In this document: in pieces, positions 139,749 to 153,466 of the stretch
Layout: the number at the start of each line of letters is the position of its first letter
Position numbering within the stretch: the first letter of the stretch is position 1
DNA from: Hyalangium minutum
Lineage (GTDB): Bacteria; Myxococcota; Myxococcia; Myxococcales; Myxococcaceae
Reading direction: 5' to 3'
Assembly (NCBI RefSeq): GCF_000737315.1
Contig: NZ_JMCB01000004.1
Location: 20,001-268,000 of the forward strand
Length of the DNA: 248,000 nt
Program-made: the position numbers and the translations under genes
The notes under the pieces: generated by a model
What the model saw: the letters and a program-made list of their open reading frames with translations, nothing else
Told to the model about the DNA's origin: nothing
Databases searched by the model: none

Positions 139749-141305
139749 ATGCCGGGACCGTTCATCCAAGACGAGCAGATTGCGCACGCGCGCAAGCTGG
139801 CCGAGGAGATCGTCAACCCGATCTTCGACCTCATCCACCACAACACCACTGTGTCCATTGAGCGCACCGTGCTGCGCTTCTTCGGGATTTCGGGGGCGGG
139901 GGCTCGCGGTGTGCCGCTGGCCAACTTGATGGTGGACAAACTAAAGGCGGCCGGGGTGCTCAACCGCGGCGCCGCCTACTGGTATGGCCGGGCGCTGCAA
140001 CTGGGCGCCAAGAGCCCGCTGGAGGCCGTAGAGCGCCTGACCGCACTGCCCACCGAGAAGCTGGGGCCCCTGTCTCCGGAAATGGAGCAGAACCTGCGCG
140101 CCGAGGTGCGCGCCGAGGGCCGCGCCGCGCTCGAGGACATGCAGGGTCGCATCGCCCAGCGCAACGCGCTCCGGCAGCAGTTCCCCATGTCCCCGACGCC
140201 GCACAAGTACGTCATCGTTGCCACCGGTAACATCTATGACGATGTGGACCAGGCGCGCGCGGCGGCCCAGGCGGGCGCGGACATCATCGCGGTCATCCGC
140301 TCCACGGCGCAGTCGTTGCTGGACTACGTGCCCCACGGTGCCACCACCGAGGGCTACGGCGGCACCTACGCCACCCAGGAGAACTTCCGCATCATGCGCG
140401 AGGCCCTGGACGAGGAGAGCAAGAAGCTCAAGCGCTACATTCAGCTGACGAACTACTCCTCCGGCCTGGCCATGTCGGAGATTGCCTTCTGCGCGGCGTA
140501 CGAGAAGCTGGACATGCTCCTCAACGACGCGATGTACGGCATCCTCTTCCGCGACATCAACATGCGGCGGACGTTCATCGATCAGTACTTCAGCCGCCGC
140601 ATCTGCGCCCTGGCCGGCATCATCATCAACACAGGCGAGGACAACTACATCACCACCGCGGACGCGTATGACGCGGCCCACACGGTCATCGCCAGCCAGT
140701 TCATCAACGAGTGCTTCGCCAAGCGCGCGGGGCTCAAGGACTGGCAGCTGGGCATCGGGCACTCGTACGAGATCGATCCGCACCGTCCGGACACGCTCCT
140801 GCTGGAGCTGTCGCAGGCCATGCTGGTGCGGCGCTGCTTCCCTGACGCCCCGCTGAAGTACATGCCGCCCACCAAGCACAAGGAGACGGACATCTTCTTC
140901 AGCCACGCGTACGACGTGATGGCGGACCTGGTGGCCGTCTGGACGCGGCAGGGCATCCAGCTGCTGGGCATGATGACGGAGGCGATGCACACGCCGCTGC
141001 TGGCGGATCGGTACGTGGCGCTGAAGTCCGCTGCCTACCTCCACCGCGCCGCGCGGGGCATCGACGAGGAGTTCACCGTGCGCGAGGACGGGAAGATCGC
141101 CAACCGCGCGCGCGAGGTGTTCGCCAAGGCCATGGAGCTGCTGGAGGAGTGCCACAAGGAGGGCATGGTGGCGGCCATCGGCAAGGGGCGCTTTGGCGAC
141201 GTGAAGCGCACGGAGACGGGCGGCAAGGGCCTGGATGGCGTGCTCGAGAAGGCGCCGGACTATTTCAATCCGTTCTTGGAGATTCTGGAGGGTACGCACT
141301 CATGA
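139749..141305 (+). CDS. kamD: D-lysine 5,6-aminomutase alpha subunit
   Basis: TTVSIER, IVATGNIY, IRSTAQSLLD, NDAMYGIL. Confidence 0.93.
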   Translation: MPGPFIQDEQIAHARKLAEEIVNPIFDLIHHNTTVSIERTVLRFFGISGAGARGVPLANLMVDKLKAAGVLNRGAAYWYGRALQLGAKSPLEAVERLTALPTEKLGPLSPEMEQNLRAEVRAEGRAALEDMQGRIAQRNALRQQFPMSPTPHKYVIVATGNIYDDVDQARAAAQAGADIIAVIRSTAQSLLDYVPHGATTEGYGGTYATQENFRIMREALDEESKKLKRYIQLTNYSSGLAMSEIAFCAAYEKLDMLLNDAMYGILFRDINMRRTFIDQYFSRRICALAGIIINTGEDNYITTADAYDAAHTVIASQFINECFAKRAGLKDWQLGIGHSYEIDPHRPDTLLLELSQAMLVRRCFPDAPLKYMPPTKHKETDIFFSHAYDVMADLVAVWTRQGIQLLGMMTEAMHTPLLADRYVALKSAAYLHRAARGIDEEFTVREDGKIANRAREVFAKAMELLEECHKEGMVAAIGKGRFGDVKRTETGGKGLDGVLEKAPDYFNPFLEILEGTHS

Positions 141306-141787
141306 TCGGTTCCTTGGTGATGACGGTGGCGCTGGCCGTGAGCAGTGGCGGCTCGGCGGATGCGCTGGTGAAGCACCAGGCGAAGACGCTGACCCTCCAG
141401 GTCCCTGGCGCGTGGGACCGCACCAACGAGGAGGGCACCGAGAAGTTCAAGGCTCCCTCGGGGGATGGGTGGTTCACGCTGGACGTGGGCGCCGTGCAGA
141501 CGGCCGGCATGCAGCCCAAGGTCTGCCTGGACAAGATCCTCACCGCCATGGGCGGCGGCGAGGGCTGGGAGAAGATCAGCCTGGGCCTCAACCCGGCCGC
141601 CAAGAAGGTGAACGTGGACGACGCCACGGAGGATGGCGAGGACAAGGTCCGCTCGGTCACTTACGTGGGCTGCAACGGCAAGACGACGTGGTCCCTCATC
141701 TTCTCCATGAACGACAAGAAGAAGGACCGGTTCGAGCCCCTGGCAGCCAAGATCGCCCAGAGCGTCAGCTACGCAAAGGGGAAGTGA
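141302..141787 (+). CDS. Secreted hypothetical protein (PsbP-like fold possible)
   Basis: Signal peptide; embedded between kamD and kamE. Confidence 0.55.
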   Translation: MIGSLVMTVALAVSSGGSADALVKHQAKTLTLQVPGAWDRTNEEGTEKFKAPSGDGWFTLDVGAVQTAGMQPKVCLDKILTAMGGGEGWEKISLGLNPAAKKVNVDDATEDGEDKVRSVTYVGCNGKTTWSLIFSMNDKKKDRFEPLAAKIAQSVSYAKGK

Positions 141788-141794
141788 GCGCCTC

Positions 141795-142580
141795 ATGGTG
141801 AAGCCGACCAAGCAGATCATCCGCCCCTATGGAGACCGCCGCGACGATGGCGTGGTGCAGCTGTCGTTCACGCTCCCGGTGCCGCTGTCAGAGAAGGCCA
141901 AGGAGGCCGCCGCCCAGTTCACGAAGAAGATGGGCTTCTCGGACGTGAAGGTGGCCGCTGCCGAGCGCGCCGCGGACAACTACACGTTCTTCATCGTGTA
142001 CGCCCGGTCGGGCATGTACATCGACTACGCGGAGATCGACGTCCCCGAGGTCGTCATCAAGAAGATGGGGTTCGACGATCTCAACACCTTCATCCAGGAC
142101 AAGGTGGGGCGGCGCATCGTGGTGTTCGGCGCGTGTACCGGCACGGACACCCACACGGTGGGGATCGACGCCATCCTGAACATGAAGGGCTATGCGGGCG
142201 ACTACGGCCTGGAGCGCTACCCGTGGTTCGAGGCCTTCAACCTGGGCAGCCAGGTCCCCAATGACGACCTCATCACCAAGGCACTGGCGAAGAACGCGGA
142301 TGCCATCCTGGTGAGCCAGGTGGTGACTCAGCGCGACGTGCACAAGGACAACTCGCGCCAGTTCATTGATGCGGCCAAGGCGCGGGGTATCCACGGAAAG
142401 ACGATCCTGCTGCTCGGCGGGCCGCGCGTGGACCACAAGCTGGCGCTGGAGCTGGGCTTCGACGCGGGTTTCGGTCCGGGCACCAAGCCGTCCGACGTGG
142501 CCAACTACATCGTGCACGCGCTGCTCAAGAAGATGGGCAAGGAAGACCCGAACGCGCACTACCAGGGAGAGCCCAAGTGA
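141795..142580 (+). CDS. kamE: D-lysine 5,6-aminomutase beta subunit (B12-binding)
   Basis: [22 protein letters not shown]. Confidence 0.93.
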   Translation: MVKPTKQIIRPYGDRRDDGVVQLSFTLPVPLSEKAKEAAAQFTKKMGFSDVKVAAAERAADNYTFFIVYARSGMYIDYAEIDVPEVVIKKMGFDDLNTFIQDKVGRRIVVFGACTGTDTHTVGIDAILNMKGYAGDYGLERYPWFEAFNLGSQVPNDDLITKALAKNADAILVSQVVTQRDVHKDNSRQFIDAAKARGIHGKTILLLGGPRVDHKLALELGFDAGFGPGTKPSDVANYIVHALLKKMGKEDPNAHYQGEPK

Positions 142581-142972
142581 GCACGACCAAGGCCATCATC
142601 CGGCTGCGCATGAGCAGCCATGACGCGCACTACGGCGGCAACCTCGTGGACGGCGCGCGGATGCTGGGGCTCTTTGGCGATGTGGCCACGGAGCTGTGCA
142701 TCCGGCACGACGGGGACGAGGGCCTGTTCCGCGCGTATGACTCGGTGGAGTTCCTGGCACCCGTGTACGCGGGGGACTTCATCGAGGCCGAGGGCGAGAT
142801 CATCAGCACCGGCAATACGTCCCGGAAGATGAAGTTCGAGGCACGCAAGGTCATCCGGCCGCGTACGGATGTGAACGACTCGGCGGCGGACCTGTTGCAG
142901 GAGCCGGTGGTGGTGTGCCGGGCTTCGGGTACCTGCGTGGTTCCCAAGGACAAGCAGCGCATCCAGCGCTGA
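142577..142972 (+). CDS. kal: 3-aminobutyryl-CoA ammonia lyase (hotdog fold)
   Basis: [19 protein letters not shown]. Confidence 0.9.
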   Translation: MSTTKAIIRLRMSSHDAHYGGNLVDGARMLGLFGDVATELCIRHDGDEGLFRAYDSVEFLAPVYAGDFIEAEGEIISTGNTSRKMKFEARKVIRPRTDVNDSAADLLQEPVVVCRASGTCVVPKDKQRIQR

Positions 142973-143007
142973 CTTACTCACTCACGCATTCAGAAGAGGG
143001 GGCATCC

Positions 143008-143835
143008 ATGAGTACGCCCATGGTCATCACCGCCGCGATGGTCGGCGCGGAGACGACGCGCGAGCAGACGCCGCACCTGCCCATCACCGCGGAGGAGATC
143101 GCCGAGGACGCGGTGAAGTGCCGCGAGGCCGGCGCGGCGATGGTTCACCTGCACGTACGCACGCCAGATGGCAAGCCGTCGCAGGACGCGGAGCTGTTCC
143201 GAGCGGCGATCCGGGCCATCCGCAAGCGCACGGACATCCTGATTCAGACGTCCACGGGCGGCGCGGTGGGCATGAGCGTGGACGAGCGCTGCGGCCCGCT
143301 GACGCTGACGGGCGCGGATCGCCCGGACATGGCCACGCTGACGACGGGCACGGTGAACTTCGGCCCGGACGTGTTCTGGAACCCGCGTCCGCTGGTGCGG
143401 GACATCGCCAAGCGCATCCGCGCCCTGGGCCTCAAGCCGGAGATCGAGTGCTTCGACGTGGGGATGATCGATGAGGCCAGCATCCTCGCGAAGGAGGGGC
143501 TGGTGGATCTGCCCGCGCACTATGACTTCGTGCTGGGCGTGCCGGGCGCGCTGACGGCGCGGGTGGACGCGCTGGAGTTCATGATCAAGTCGCTGCCCGA
143601 GGGCAGCACGTGGACGGTGGCGGCGGTGGGCCGGCACCAGCTGCCGTTCGTGGAGCACGCGGCCGAGCGCGGCGGCAACGCGCGCGTGGGGCTCGAGGAC
143701 AACATCTTCGTGTCCAAGGGCGTGCTGGCGAAGGGTAATTGGGAGCTGGTGGCGGAGGCGGCCAAGCGCGCCAAGGCCAAGGGCCGCACGCTGGCCACGC
143801 CGGAAGAGGCGCGGAAGATCCTGCGCCTCACCTGA
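143008..143835 (+). CDS. kce: 3-keto-5-aminohexanoate cleavage enzyme
   Basis: VHLHVR, STGG, RVGLEDN. Confidence 0.92.
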   Translation: MSTPMVITAAMVGAETTREQTPHLPITAEEIAEDAVKCREAGAAMVHLHVRTPDGKPSQDAELFRAAIRAIRKRTDILIQTSTGGAVGMSVDERCGPLTLTGADRPDMATLTTGTVNFGPDVFWNPRPLVRDIAKRIRALGLKPEIECFDVGMIDEASILAKEGLVDLPAHYDFVLGVPGALTARVDALEFMIKSLPEGSTWTVAAVGRHQLPFVEHAAERGGNARVGLEDNIFVSKGVLAKGNWELVAEAAKRAKAKGRTLATPEEARKILRLT

Positions 143836-143897
143836 GCGAGCGCAGCGGGGCCAGATGGAGGCCCGCCCCAGGCCGGGCCGCAGGAGGGAGCCAAGGC

Positions 143898-144674
143898 ATG
143901 GAGACGGAGCTGAGAGGCAAGGGCGTCCTGGTCACAGGAGGCGCGGGAGGCATTGGCAGCGCCACGGTGCGCGCGTTCGCGGAGGAGGGTGCACGGGTGG
144001 CCGTGCACTACCGCTCGAACGAGGACAAGGCGCGGGCCCTCGCGACGGAGGTGGGCGGCGCGGCCGTGCGCGCGGACCTGACCTCCGAGGCCGAGGTGGA
144101 CGCGCTGATCCCCGAGGCGGTGAAGGCGCTCGGGCGGCTGGATGTGGTGGTGGCCAATGCCGGACACTGGCCCTCGCAGGATGAGCCGGTGTGGAAGATG
144201 TCCCTGACCCGCTGGCGCCAGACGCTGGCGGAGAATCTGGACAGCGTGTTCCTCACGTGCCGGGCCTTCCTGCGGCACGTGGAGACGACGAAGGTCGGGA
144301 GCCTGGTGCTCGTGAGCTCCACCGCGGGCCTGTTTGGCGAGGCAGGGCACTCGGACTACGCGGCGGCCAAGGGCGCGCTCGCGAGTGGCTTCGTGAAGAG
144401 CTTGAAGAACGAGCTGGGCCGCATCGCTCCGATGGCCCGAGTGAACGTGGTGTGCCCGGGCTGGACCGAGGTGGATCGCAACCGGGGTAAGCTCCAGGAC
144501 CCAGCGTTCCTGGCCCGAGTAACGCGGACGATGGCGCTGCGCAAGGTGGGGCGGCCGGAGGACATCGCGCGGGTCATCGTGACGCTCGCGTCAGACCGTA
144601 TCTCTGGCCACGTGACGGGCGAGGTCGTCACCGTCGCTGGCGGCATGGAAGGAAGAGTGCTTCATGACACTTGA
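143898..144674 (+). CDS. SDR family oxidoreductase
   Basis: [13 protein letters not shown]. Confidence 0.9.
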   Translation: METELRGKGVLVTGGAGGIGSATVRAFAEEGARVAVHYRSNEDKARALATEVGGAAVRADLTSEAEVDALIPEAVKALGRLDVVVANAGHWPSQDEPVWKMSLTRWRQTLAENLDSVFLTCRAFLRHVETTKVGSLVLVSSTAGLFGEAGHSDYAAAKGALASGFVKSLKNELGRIAPMARVNVVCPGWTEVDRNRGKLQDPAFLARVTRTMALRKVGRPEDIARVIVTLASDRISGHVTGEVVTVAGGMEGRVLHDT

Positions 144675-145455
144675 TGTGGATATTCGCGCCTACAACCGTG
144701 AGGCGTGGAATCGGCAGGTGGCCAAGGGAGACCGGTGGACGGTGCCCGTGGGCCCCGAGGTTATCGCCGCCGCGCGCCGGGGCGAGTGGAGCGTCATCCT
144801 CACCCCGCACAAGCCCGTGCCCCGCGAGTGGTTCGGCGAGCTGAAGGGGAAAGAGGTGCTGGGGCTCGCGAGCGCGGGTGGACAGCAGGGCTCGGTGCTC
144901 GCGGCGGCGGGCGCTCGGGTGACGATCTTCGACAACTCGCCGGCTCAGCTTGGACAGGACCGGCTGGTGGCGGAGCGCGAGGGCCTGGAGATTCGCCTCG
145001 TCGAGGGGGACATGCGGGACCTGTCCGTGTTCCCGGACGCAAGCTTCGATCTCATCTTCCACCCGTGCTCCAACTGCTTCGTGGACGACATCCGCCGCGT
145101 CTGGCGCGAGGCCTATCGCGTCCTGCGTCCGGGAGGAGCGCTGCTCTCCGGGTTTTGCAACCCGATCATGTTCCTCTTCGATCCGGAGCTGGAGCCCGAG
145201 GGCATCCTCCAGATGAAGTACCGGATGCCATACTCGGACTTCACCAGCCTCACGGACGCGGAGCGGCGCCGCTACACGGACAAGGGCGAGCCCCTCTGTA
145301 TTGCCCACTCGCTGGAGGAGCAGATCGGTGGGCAGCTCGCTGCGGGTTTCCTCCTGTCCGGGTTTTACGAGGACAAGCACGTCGCCGGAGATCGGCTCGC
145401 GGAGTACATGTCGAGCCTCTGCGCGACGCGAGCGGTGAAGCCCCCAGTTCCGTGA
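144664..145455 (+). CDS. Class I SAM-dependent methyltransferase
   Basis: [15 protein letters not shown]. Confidence 0.88.
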   Translation: MTLDVDIRAYNREAWNRQVAKGDRWTVPVGPEVIAAARRGEWSVILTPHKPVPREWFGELKGKEVLGLASAGGQQGSVLAAAGARVTIFDNSPAQLGQDRLVAEREGLEIRLVEGDMRDLSVFPDASFDLIFHPCSNCFVDDIRRVWREAYRVLRPGGALLSGFCNPIMFLFDPELEPEGILQMKYRMPYSDFTSLTDAERRRYTDKGEPLCIAHSLEEQIGGQLAAGFLLSGFYEDKHVAGDRLAEYMSSLCATRAVKPPVP

Positions 145456-146507
145456 ACTGCTCGCGCGTGGCCCTGTTCGCCTGTTTCCTGGTGCTCGGCG
145501 GGTGCCCGCAGGAGGGTGGGCCCAACAAGCCATCCGGACGTCTCCAAGGCCAGGTAGTGGGACCTGGCAGCCCTCGGGGAGACGCATACGTGTTCCTGTT
145601 CGCTCCGAGCGAGGGCCCTCCTCGGGGGCAGGCTGTGCCTCGCTACGTCACGGCAGTGCCTGATCTGCGGCTGGGAACTGGGGATGCCCGGTTCCTGTTC
145701 GCAGAGGTGAATCCAGGGCCATACCGGCTGTGGGGCTTCTTGGATGCGAACGGAGATGTGGACCTCTCCGTGGACGTGCTCGCCCAGCCGGGCGCGGGCG
145801 ACTGGCTGCCCGCGGCAGGAGTGGAGCTGGAGATTCCTGCGGGGAGCGTCGTGGAGCACGAGCTGACGCTCACTCAACGGAGGCGTCACGATCCTCCCGC
145901 GTTCCGGGTGACAGGGGAGGGGACGGATGGGGGCGTGGTGACGGTGCCGGACTCACTGCTGTCGCTTACGTCTCTCGATGTCGAGGCGGAGGGGCTGGGG
146001 CTCCTGCGCGGCGAGGAGGCACGGTTCTTCGTCCGGCTGGTCGATCGAGACGGAGACGGGAACGCGGATGATCTGAACGGAGACGGAGTGCCGGAGCTGT
146101 TCCCCCAGTTCTTCCTGCGCTTCATGCCGAGGCCCGGGCAGACGGTGCCGATGCAGACGGATGGAGGGCCCTCCCAGGTCATCGTGCCCCTGGTCATCAA
146201 CCCGGTGCCCTTCGTTCCCATCCTTCAGGGAGACGTGACGCGCGAGGCCTCTGCCACGAGCCTGCAGCTCTTCGTCGTGCCGGTGGCGCAGGCCGTCTCG
146301 GAGGCCACGGATGGAGGACAGGTGCTGACGCCGCTCGCGGCCATGCCGGTGGGCGAGTACCAACTCTGGGCACTCTCAGCGGAAGGGGCCTTCTGGTACA
146401 TCCCGAATGCGCTGGGAGCACGAGACTCGGAGGTTTTGCACTCGCAGTCCTTGCGGTTCGAGATTGTCCGAGGGGGCTCGCCCGACGCAGGAAATCCCAT
146501 TAGATAG
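145452..146507 (+). CDS. Lipoprotein, unknown function
   Basis: Lipobox LGGC; [10 protein letters not shown] Ca-type motif. Confidence 0.6.
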   Translation: MNCSRVALFACFLVLGGCPQEGGPNKPSGRLQGQVVGPGSPRGDAYVFLFAPSEGPPRGQAVPRYVTAVPDLRLGTGDARFLFAEVNPGPYRLWGFLDANGDVDLSVDVLAQPGAGDWLPAAGVELEIPAGSVVEHELTLTQRRRHDPPAFRVTGEGTDGGVVTVPDSLLSLTSLDVEAEGLGLLRGEEARFFVRLVDRDGDGNADDLNGDGVPELFPQFFLRFMPRPGQTVPMQTDGGPSQVIVPLVINPVPFVPILQGDVTREASATSLQLFVVPVAQAVSEATDGGQVLTPLAAMPVGEYQLWALSAEGAFWYIPNALGARDSEVLHSQSLRFEIVRGGSPDAGNPIR

Positions 146508-146542
146508 GTGCGCGCTTCAACCCCGCCGATCCGAGGAATCCC

Positions 146543-147079
146543 ATGTCCGAGTCCAAGAGCCTCGACAATCCCCACGAGCTGGCGCTGCGTGACTTCGCGC
146601 TGAGTTTCCCCGGCACCCACGAGGACTTTCCCTGGGGCCACCGCGCCCTCAAGGTGAAGGGCAAGGCCTTCGTCTTCATGGGCCACGAGAGGGGCGGACT
146701 GGGGCTCTCGGTGAAGCTGCCGCAATCCAACGCCGCAGCGCTGATGATGCCGTTCGCCACGCCCACTGGGTACGGCTTGGGCAAGAGCGGCTGGGTGTCG
146801 GCCGACTTCCCCAGGGGGGAGGCGCCTCCCATGGAGATGCTGCGCCAGTGGGTCGAGGAGAGCTATCGCGCCGTCGCTCCGAAGAAGCTCGTGGAGCAGA
146901 TCGGCTCCACGGCCAGCGCTCCCGTTGCTGCGCCGGCCAAGAAGTCCGCGAAGAAGTCCGCGCCTGCCAAGAAGGCTGCATCCGCCAAGAAGTCCGCGCC
147001 GGCCAAAAAGGCTGCACCTGCCAAGAAGGTCGCTGCCGCGAAGAAGAAGCCCGCAGCCCGCGCGAAGCAGGCCCGCTGA
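146543..147079 (+). CDS. MmcQ/YjbR family protein with PAKK tail
   Basis: EDFPWG, YGLGKSGWV. Confidence 0.82.
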   Translation: MSESKSLDNPHELALRDFALSFPGTHEDFPWGHRALKVKGKAFVFMGHERGGLGLSVKLPQSNAAALMMPFATPTGYGLGKSGWVSADFPRGEAPPMEMLRQWVEESYRAVAPKKLVEQIGSTASAPVAAPAKKSAKKSAPAKKAASAKKSAPAKKAAPAKKVAAAKKKPAARAKQAR

Positions 147080-147095
147080 TCAGCGGCACAGGGCC

Positions 147096-148649
147096 TCAGC
147101 CCAGCCGCTGGACCCAGTGGAAGTACGTGCTGCGCGGATCCGCCAGCGAGTCTCGGAAGAGGGCGCGAATCTCCGCCTTCTCCACCCGGCCCGTGTCGAA
147201 GGCCTGATACAGCGCGTCTCCGAGCAGGTACCCCAGCGCGTGGCTGACGCCGTGGAAGAGCCGGTCCCGCCGCAGGGGCAGCAGCTTCACGGCCTCGTCG
147301 GGGCCCTCCGCCTCCGCCGCCTTGTGCGCCAGCACGAACGCCGCGATCTGCCGCTCCACGCCGCGCATGCGCGCCACCCGCCGGGCCCACTCGGCCAGCC
147401 CCGCGCACCCACGCCGAGGGTTCACCAGCTTCGAGCCGAAGAACCCCAGCGCCTCCTCCATGCAGCGCGCGTAGAACGCATCCGACGCCCGCCGAGGCGC
147501 CTCCATCGCGTCTCCCACCGCGCAGTGCCGGACGAAGTGCGCGGCCTCCTCGGCCGCGTGGTTCAGGGACAGCGACGCCAGGTACGCCATCCGCGCTCGG
147601 GGGATGTAGCTGCTCTCTCGAGACAGGATGTGCCGCCGCAGCTGCGCCAGCTCCACCTGGGTAAACCGTCCGCGCTGCTGGATGCGCGCCAGGACATCCC
147701 CATCCGCCGCTGTCGCCACCTCCACCTCGTCCAGCGCCCGGCCCACCTGCACGCCCGCAAGCCGCGCGATCAGGCTCGCCATCTCCCGGAAGCGATCGGC
147801 CGCGCTGCGATCCCGCAGGGGCGCATCCCCGGCCTCGGCCTCGAGGTAGTCCAGGAAGCTCTGTTGGCACACAACAGGCGATGCGTTGAGCAAGCACAGG
147901 GAACCATCCGCCAGCTCCGCGGCCTCCACCGCACCTGCCCGGCCCTCGCGCGCCAGCCTCCAGTAGACGCCCTCACAGTTCTGGTACACCACCAGCCCCT
148001 GCCGGGCGTGCGTCTCACCGAGCGCTCGCTCGACTTGAGCAGGCAGGTGGCAGGGCGCTACATGGTACTGGCCCACCAGTACCAACACCTGGGGCCGATC
148101 CTCCGCCCGAGCCACCCGCGCAACGCGCTCCGCCGCATAAGCGTCCCGGAGTTCCAGCGAGCGCTCCCCCTGAACCCGCCGATCAATCCCCACCACCTGC
148201 AGCCGGTGGCGCTTGGCGAAGGCGAGCAGGGGCCGGAAGCCGGACCACCCATCCAGTCCAGGGCCCGGTGCCCGGCCGAGCCGCTCCAGCAGTGCGCGCT
148301 CGGGCAGACGGCCCGTCAGATAGTCATCCAGGAAGGCTTGGTGGCGGCCCTCGACACACTCGAGTGCCATCACCACTCGGCGGCCGGACTCCAGGGCCCG
148401 CTCCACCATCCCCAGGTAGGTCTCCTGGGCCAGGGGCAGGGTGTGGTAGTCGCCCACGTACACCACGTCCGCGGCCCTGAGCCGCTGGTGCACCGCGGAG
148501 AGCGGGAGCTCCTGGCGATAGCTGGCCGTCCGCCGCCGGTACCGGGCCTCGTAGGCGCGGAAGGTGGAGGTTTGGCCGTCGACGGCACGGGCAATCTGTG
148601 CCTTCTGACGGCGGAACAGGGCGAAGTGGAGGGCGAGCGACGCGCGCAT
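147096..148649 (-). CDS. ChaN-family domain protein
   Basis: YVGDYH, ALECV. Confidence 0.65.
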   Translation of the reverse strand: MRASLALHFALFRRQKAQIARAVDGQTSTFRAYEARYRRRTASYRQELPLSAVHQRLRAADVVYVGDYHTLPLAQETYLGMVERALESGRRVVMALECVEGRHQAFLDDYLTGRLPERALLERLGRAPGPGLDGWSGFRPLLAFAKRHRLQVVGIDRRVQGERSLELRDAYAAERVARVARAEDRPQVLVLVGQYHVAPCHLPAQVERALGETHARQGLVVYQNCEGVYWRLAREGRAGAVEAAELADGSLCLLNASPVVCQQSFLDYLEAEAGDAPLRDRSAADRFREMASLIARLAGVQVGRALDEVEVATAADGDVLARIQQRGRFTQVELAQLRRHILSRESSYIPRARMAYLASLSLNHAAEEAAHFVRHCAVGDAMEAPRRASDAFYARCMEEALGFFGSKLVNPRRGCAGLAEWARRVARMRGVERQIAAFVLAHKAAEAEGPDEAVKLLPLRRDRLFHGVSHALGYLLGDALYQAFDTGRVEKAEIRALFRDSLADPRSTYFHWVQRLG

Positions 148650-148763
148650 GGGAAGGAGAGGCGCTGATCAACGTCGCACGTGCCGTGAGGGCCGGCAAAA
148701 AAACGGCGCTGACAGTCAACCCCCCTTCCTTGACTTCGCCTGTAGTGGCAATGGACCATCCTT

Positions 148764-151672
<2,909 letters not shown>

Positions 151673-151673
<1 letters not shown>

Positions 151674-152503
151674 TGACCCGTCCGCTCCTGGCCGCGCTGG
151701 TGGCCGCCGCGCTCATGCCCGGGCTCGGCTGCCTGGCCTACAACGATCCCTGCCAACCCCTGGTGGACGATCCCAACAAGGAGATCGGCTACCTGGGCGA
151801 GGACGTCTACCTGGACCGGCCCTATGCCCGGCACGACAACAACGCCCTGGGACAGCTCGCGGCGGACGCCTACCAGCACGTGGAGGATGACTCGGCCGCC
151901 AAGGCGGTGCTGGGCATCGTCAACGGCGGCTCCATCCGCGCCGAGGGCCTGTGCATCACCCGCACCATGCTCCCCAAGGGCCAGCTGACGGACGGCGTGC
152001 TCCACGAGGTGCTGCTCTTCGAGAACCAGGTCGTCACGGTGAACCTCACCGAGAAGGAGCTGGTGGACATGTTCGAGCACTCGGTGAGCGCGCTCCTCAC
152101 GGCGGGGCAGCCCATCTCCTCGCCCTCGGGCGCCTTCCTGCACGTGTCCGGCAGCACCACGCTGCGCGTGGACTGTGAGTACCCCCGGGGCCAGCGGGTG
152201 CGGGAGCTGACGGTGAATGGCACACCGGTGGCGCTGCCGCCGCGCACGGACGAAGTCGCCCGCTACCGCGTGGGCATGCCCAGCTTTCTCCTCGAGGGAG
152301 GGGACGGCTACGGGACGATCTTCAAGAACGCAGGCAGCGACCCTGCTCGCAATCCCGTGCGCTCCCAGAAGTTCGGGGGCGTGGACTCCAACATCGTCAG
152401 CGCCTACATGAAGGCGACCTACGCCACGGAGGCACAGCCCCTCAAGGAGGCCGGGCGCATCGTCTTCGAGAACTGCGCGAAGCCCACCCGGCCCACACGC
152501 TAG
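151673..152503 (+). CDS. Lipoprotein with 5'-nucleotidase C-terminal domain only
   Basis: NGGSIR, VLLFEN, FLLEGGDGY. Confidence 0.8.
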
Positions 152504-152524
152504 TGGACCGGGCGGGAGGGGCCG

Positions 152525-152761
152525 TTAAGGCTTGGGCTCACCGTCGCCCGGGGGCGCCACGGGAGCGGCGACCGGCTTGGGTGCCGGGGCCAGCACGTCG
152601 TTGACCGAGGGCATCTTCCGGATGTCCCCGCGGGCCACCTTCCAGGCCTGCTGGACAATCCAGGAGAGCGAGCGATCCTGGCGAGTTGCCTCGCGCTGGA
152701 TCTCCTCGAGCATGTCCTCGGGGAAGTAGAGACTTTGCTTACGATGGTCAGTGGAGGACAT
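152525..152761 (-). CDS. cdbB: CdbB-like RHH protein (TIGR04563)
   Basis: RKQSLYFPE...QDRSLSW. Confidence 0.85.
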   Translation of the reverse strand: MSSTDHRKQSLYFPEDMLEEIQREATRQDRSLSWIVQQAWKVARGDIRKMPSVNDVLAPAPKPVAAPVAPPGDGEPKP

Positions 152762-152769
152762 GCGGTTTC

Positions 152770-152973
152770 TTACTCCTCGCGGGGATCCTGGCGTTCATCG
152801 CCAGTGACATCATTGACGGCCGGGAAGGCCTTGATGCGCTCGCGGGCGATCTTCCACGCCTGCTGGACGACCCACGAAAGCGAGCGGTCCTGCCGGTTCG
152901 CCTCTTCCTGGATCTCCTTCAACATCTCTTCGGGGAAGTACAGAGATTGCTTGCGCTTGTCGGTGCCAGCCAT
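152770..152973 (-). CDS. cdbA: c-di-GMP-binding nucleoid-associated protein CdbA
   Basis: 67 aa MAGTDKRKQSLYFPEEMLKEI... Confidence 0.9.
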   Translation of the reverse strand: MAGTDKRKQSLYFPEEMLKEIQEEANRQDRSLSWVVQQAWKIARERIKAFPAVNDVTGDERQDPREE

Positions 152974-153466
152974 ACCGAGTCTCCGGAGCGGATGCGAGGT
153001 GACGACCTGAGACACACTGGCGTGGTTATCCGACAGACGCACCAGCGGGTCAACGGTTTCAACGCCTTTGCGTCATAACCCCTGAGGGTGACATGGGCGA
153101 AGAAGTTCTGTCCCTTCTGGAAGCGTCGTGGCTGCGTGAAATCCCTGGAACCCGGGCCCAAAACGTGCTGGTGGCCCAAAAGGGAAACGCCCCGGACCTC
153201 GCTTTCGAGGTCCGGGGCGCTCCGGAAAGAGGGCCCGCGAGGAACGAGTCCTTGCGGGCCCGTGGGCCCAGAGGGGGAGGGGGGGGACCCCTAGGCCCAA
153301 CGCCAGGAAATTCGGAAAAATCAACCTTCTTATTAACACCGCCGGCCGCACCCCTCATTCCCCTCGGGGAACCGCTGGGGAGATCATAAGAACCACCCCC
153401 AGCACCTTCAACCGACGGCGCCTGGGTAAACGTGGCGCGCGAGAAATCCATTCCCCCTTCTGTTCG

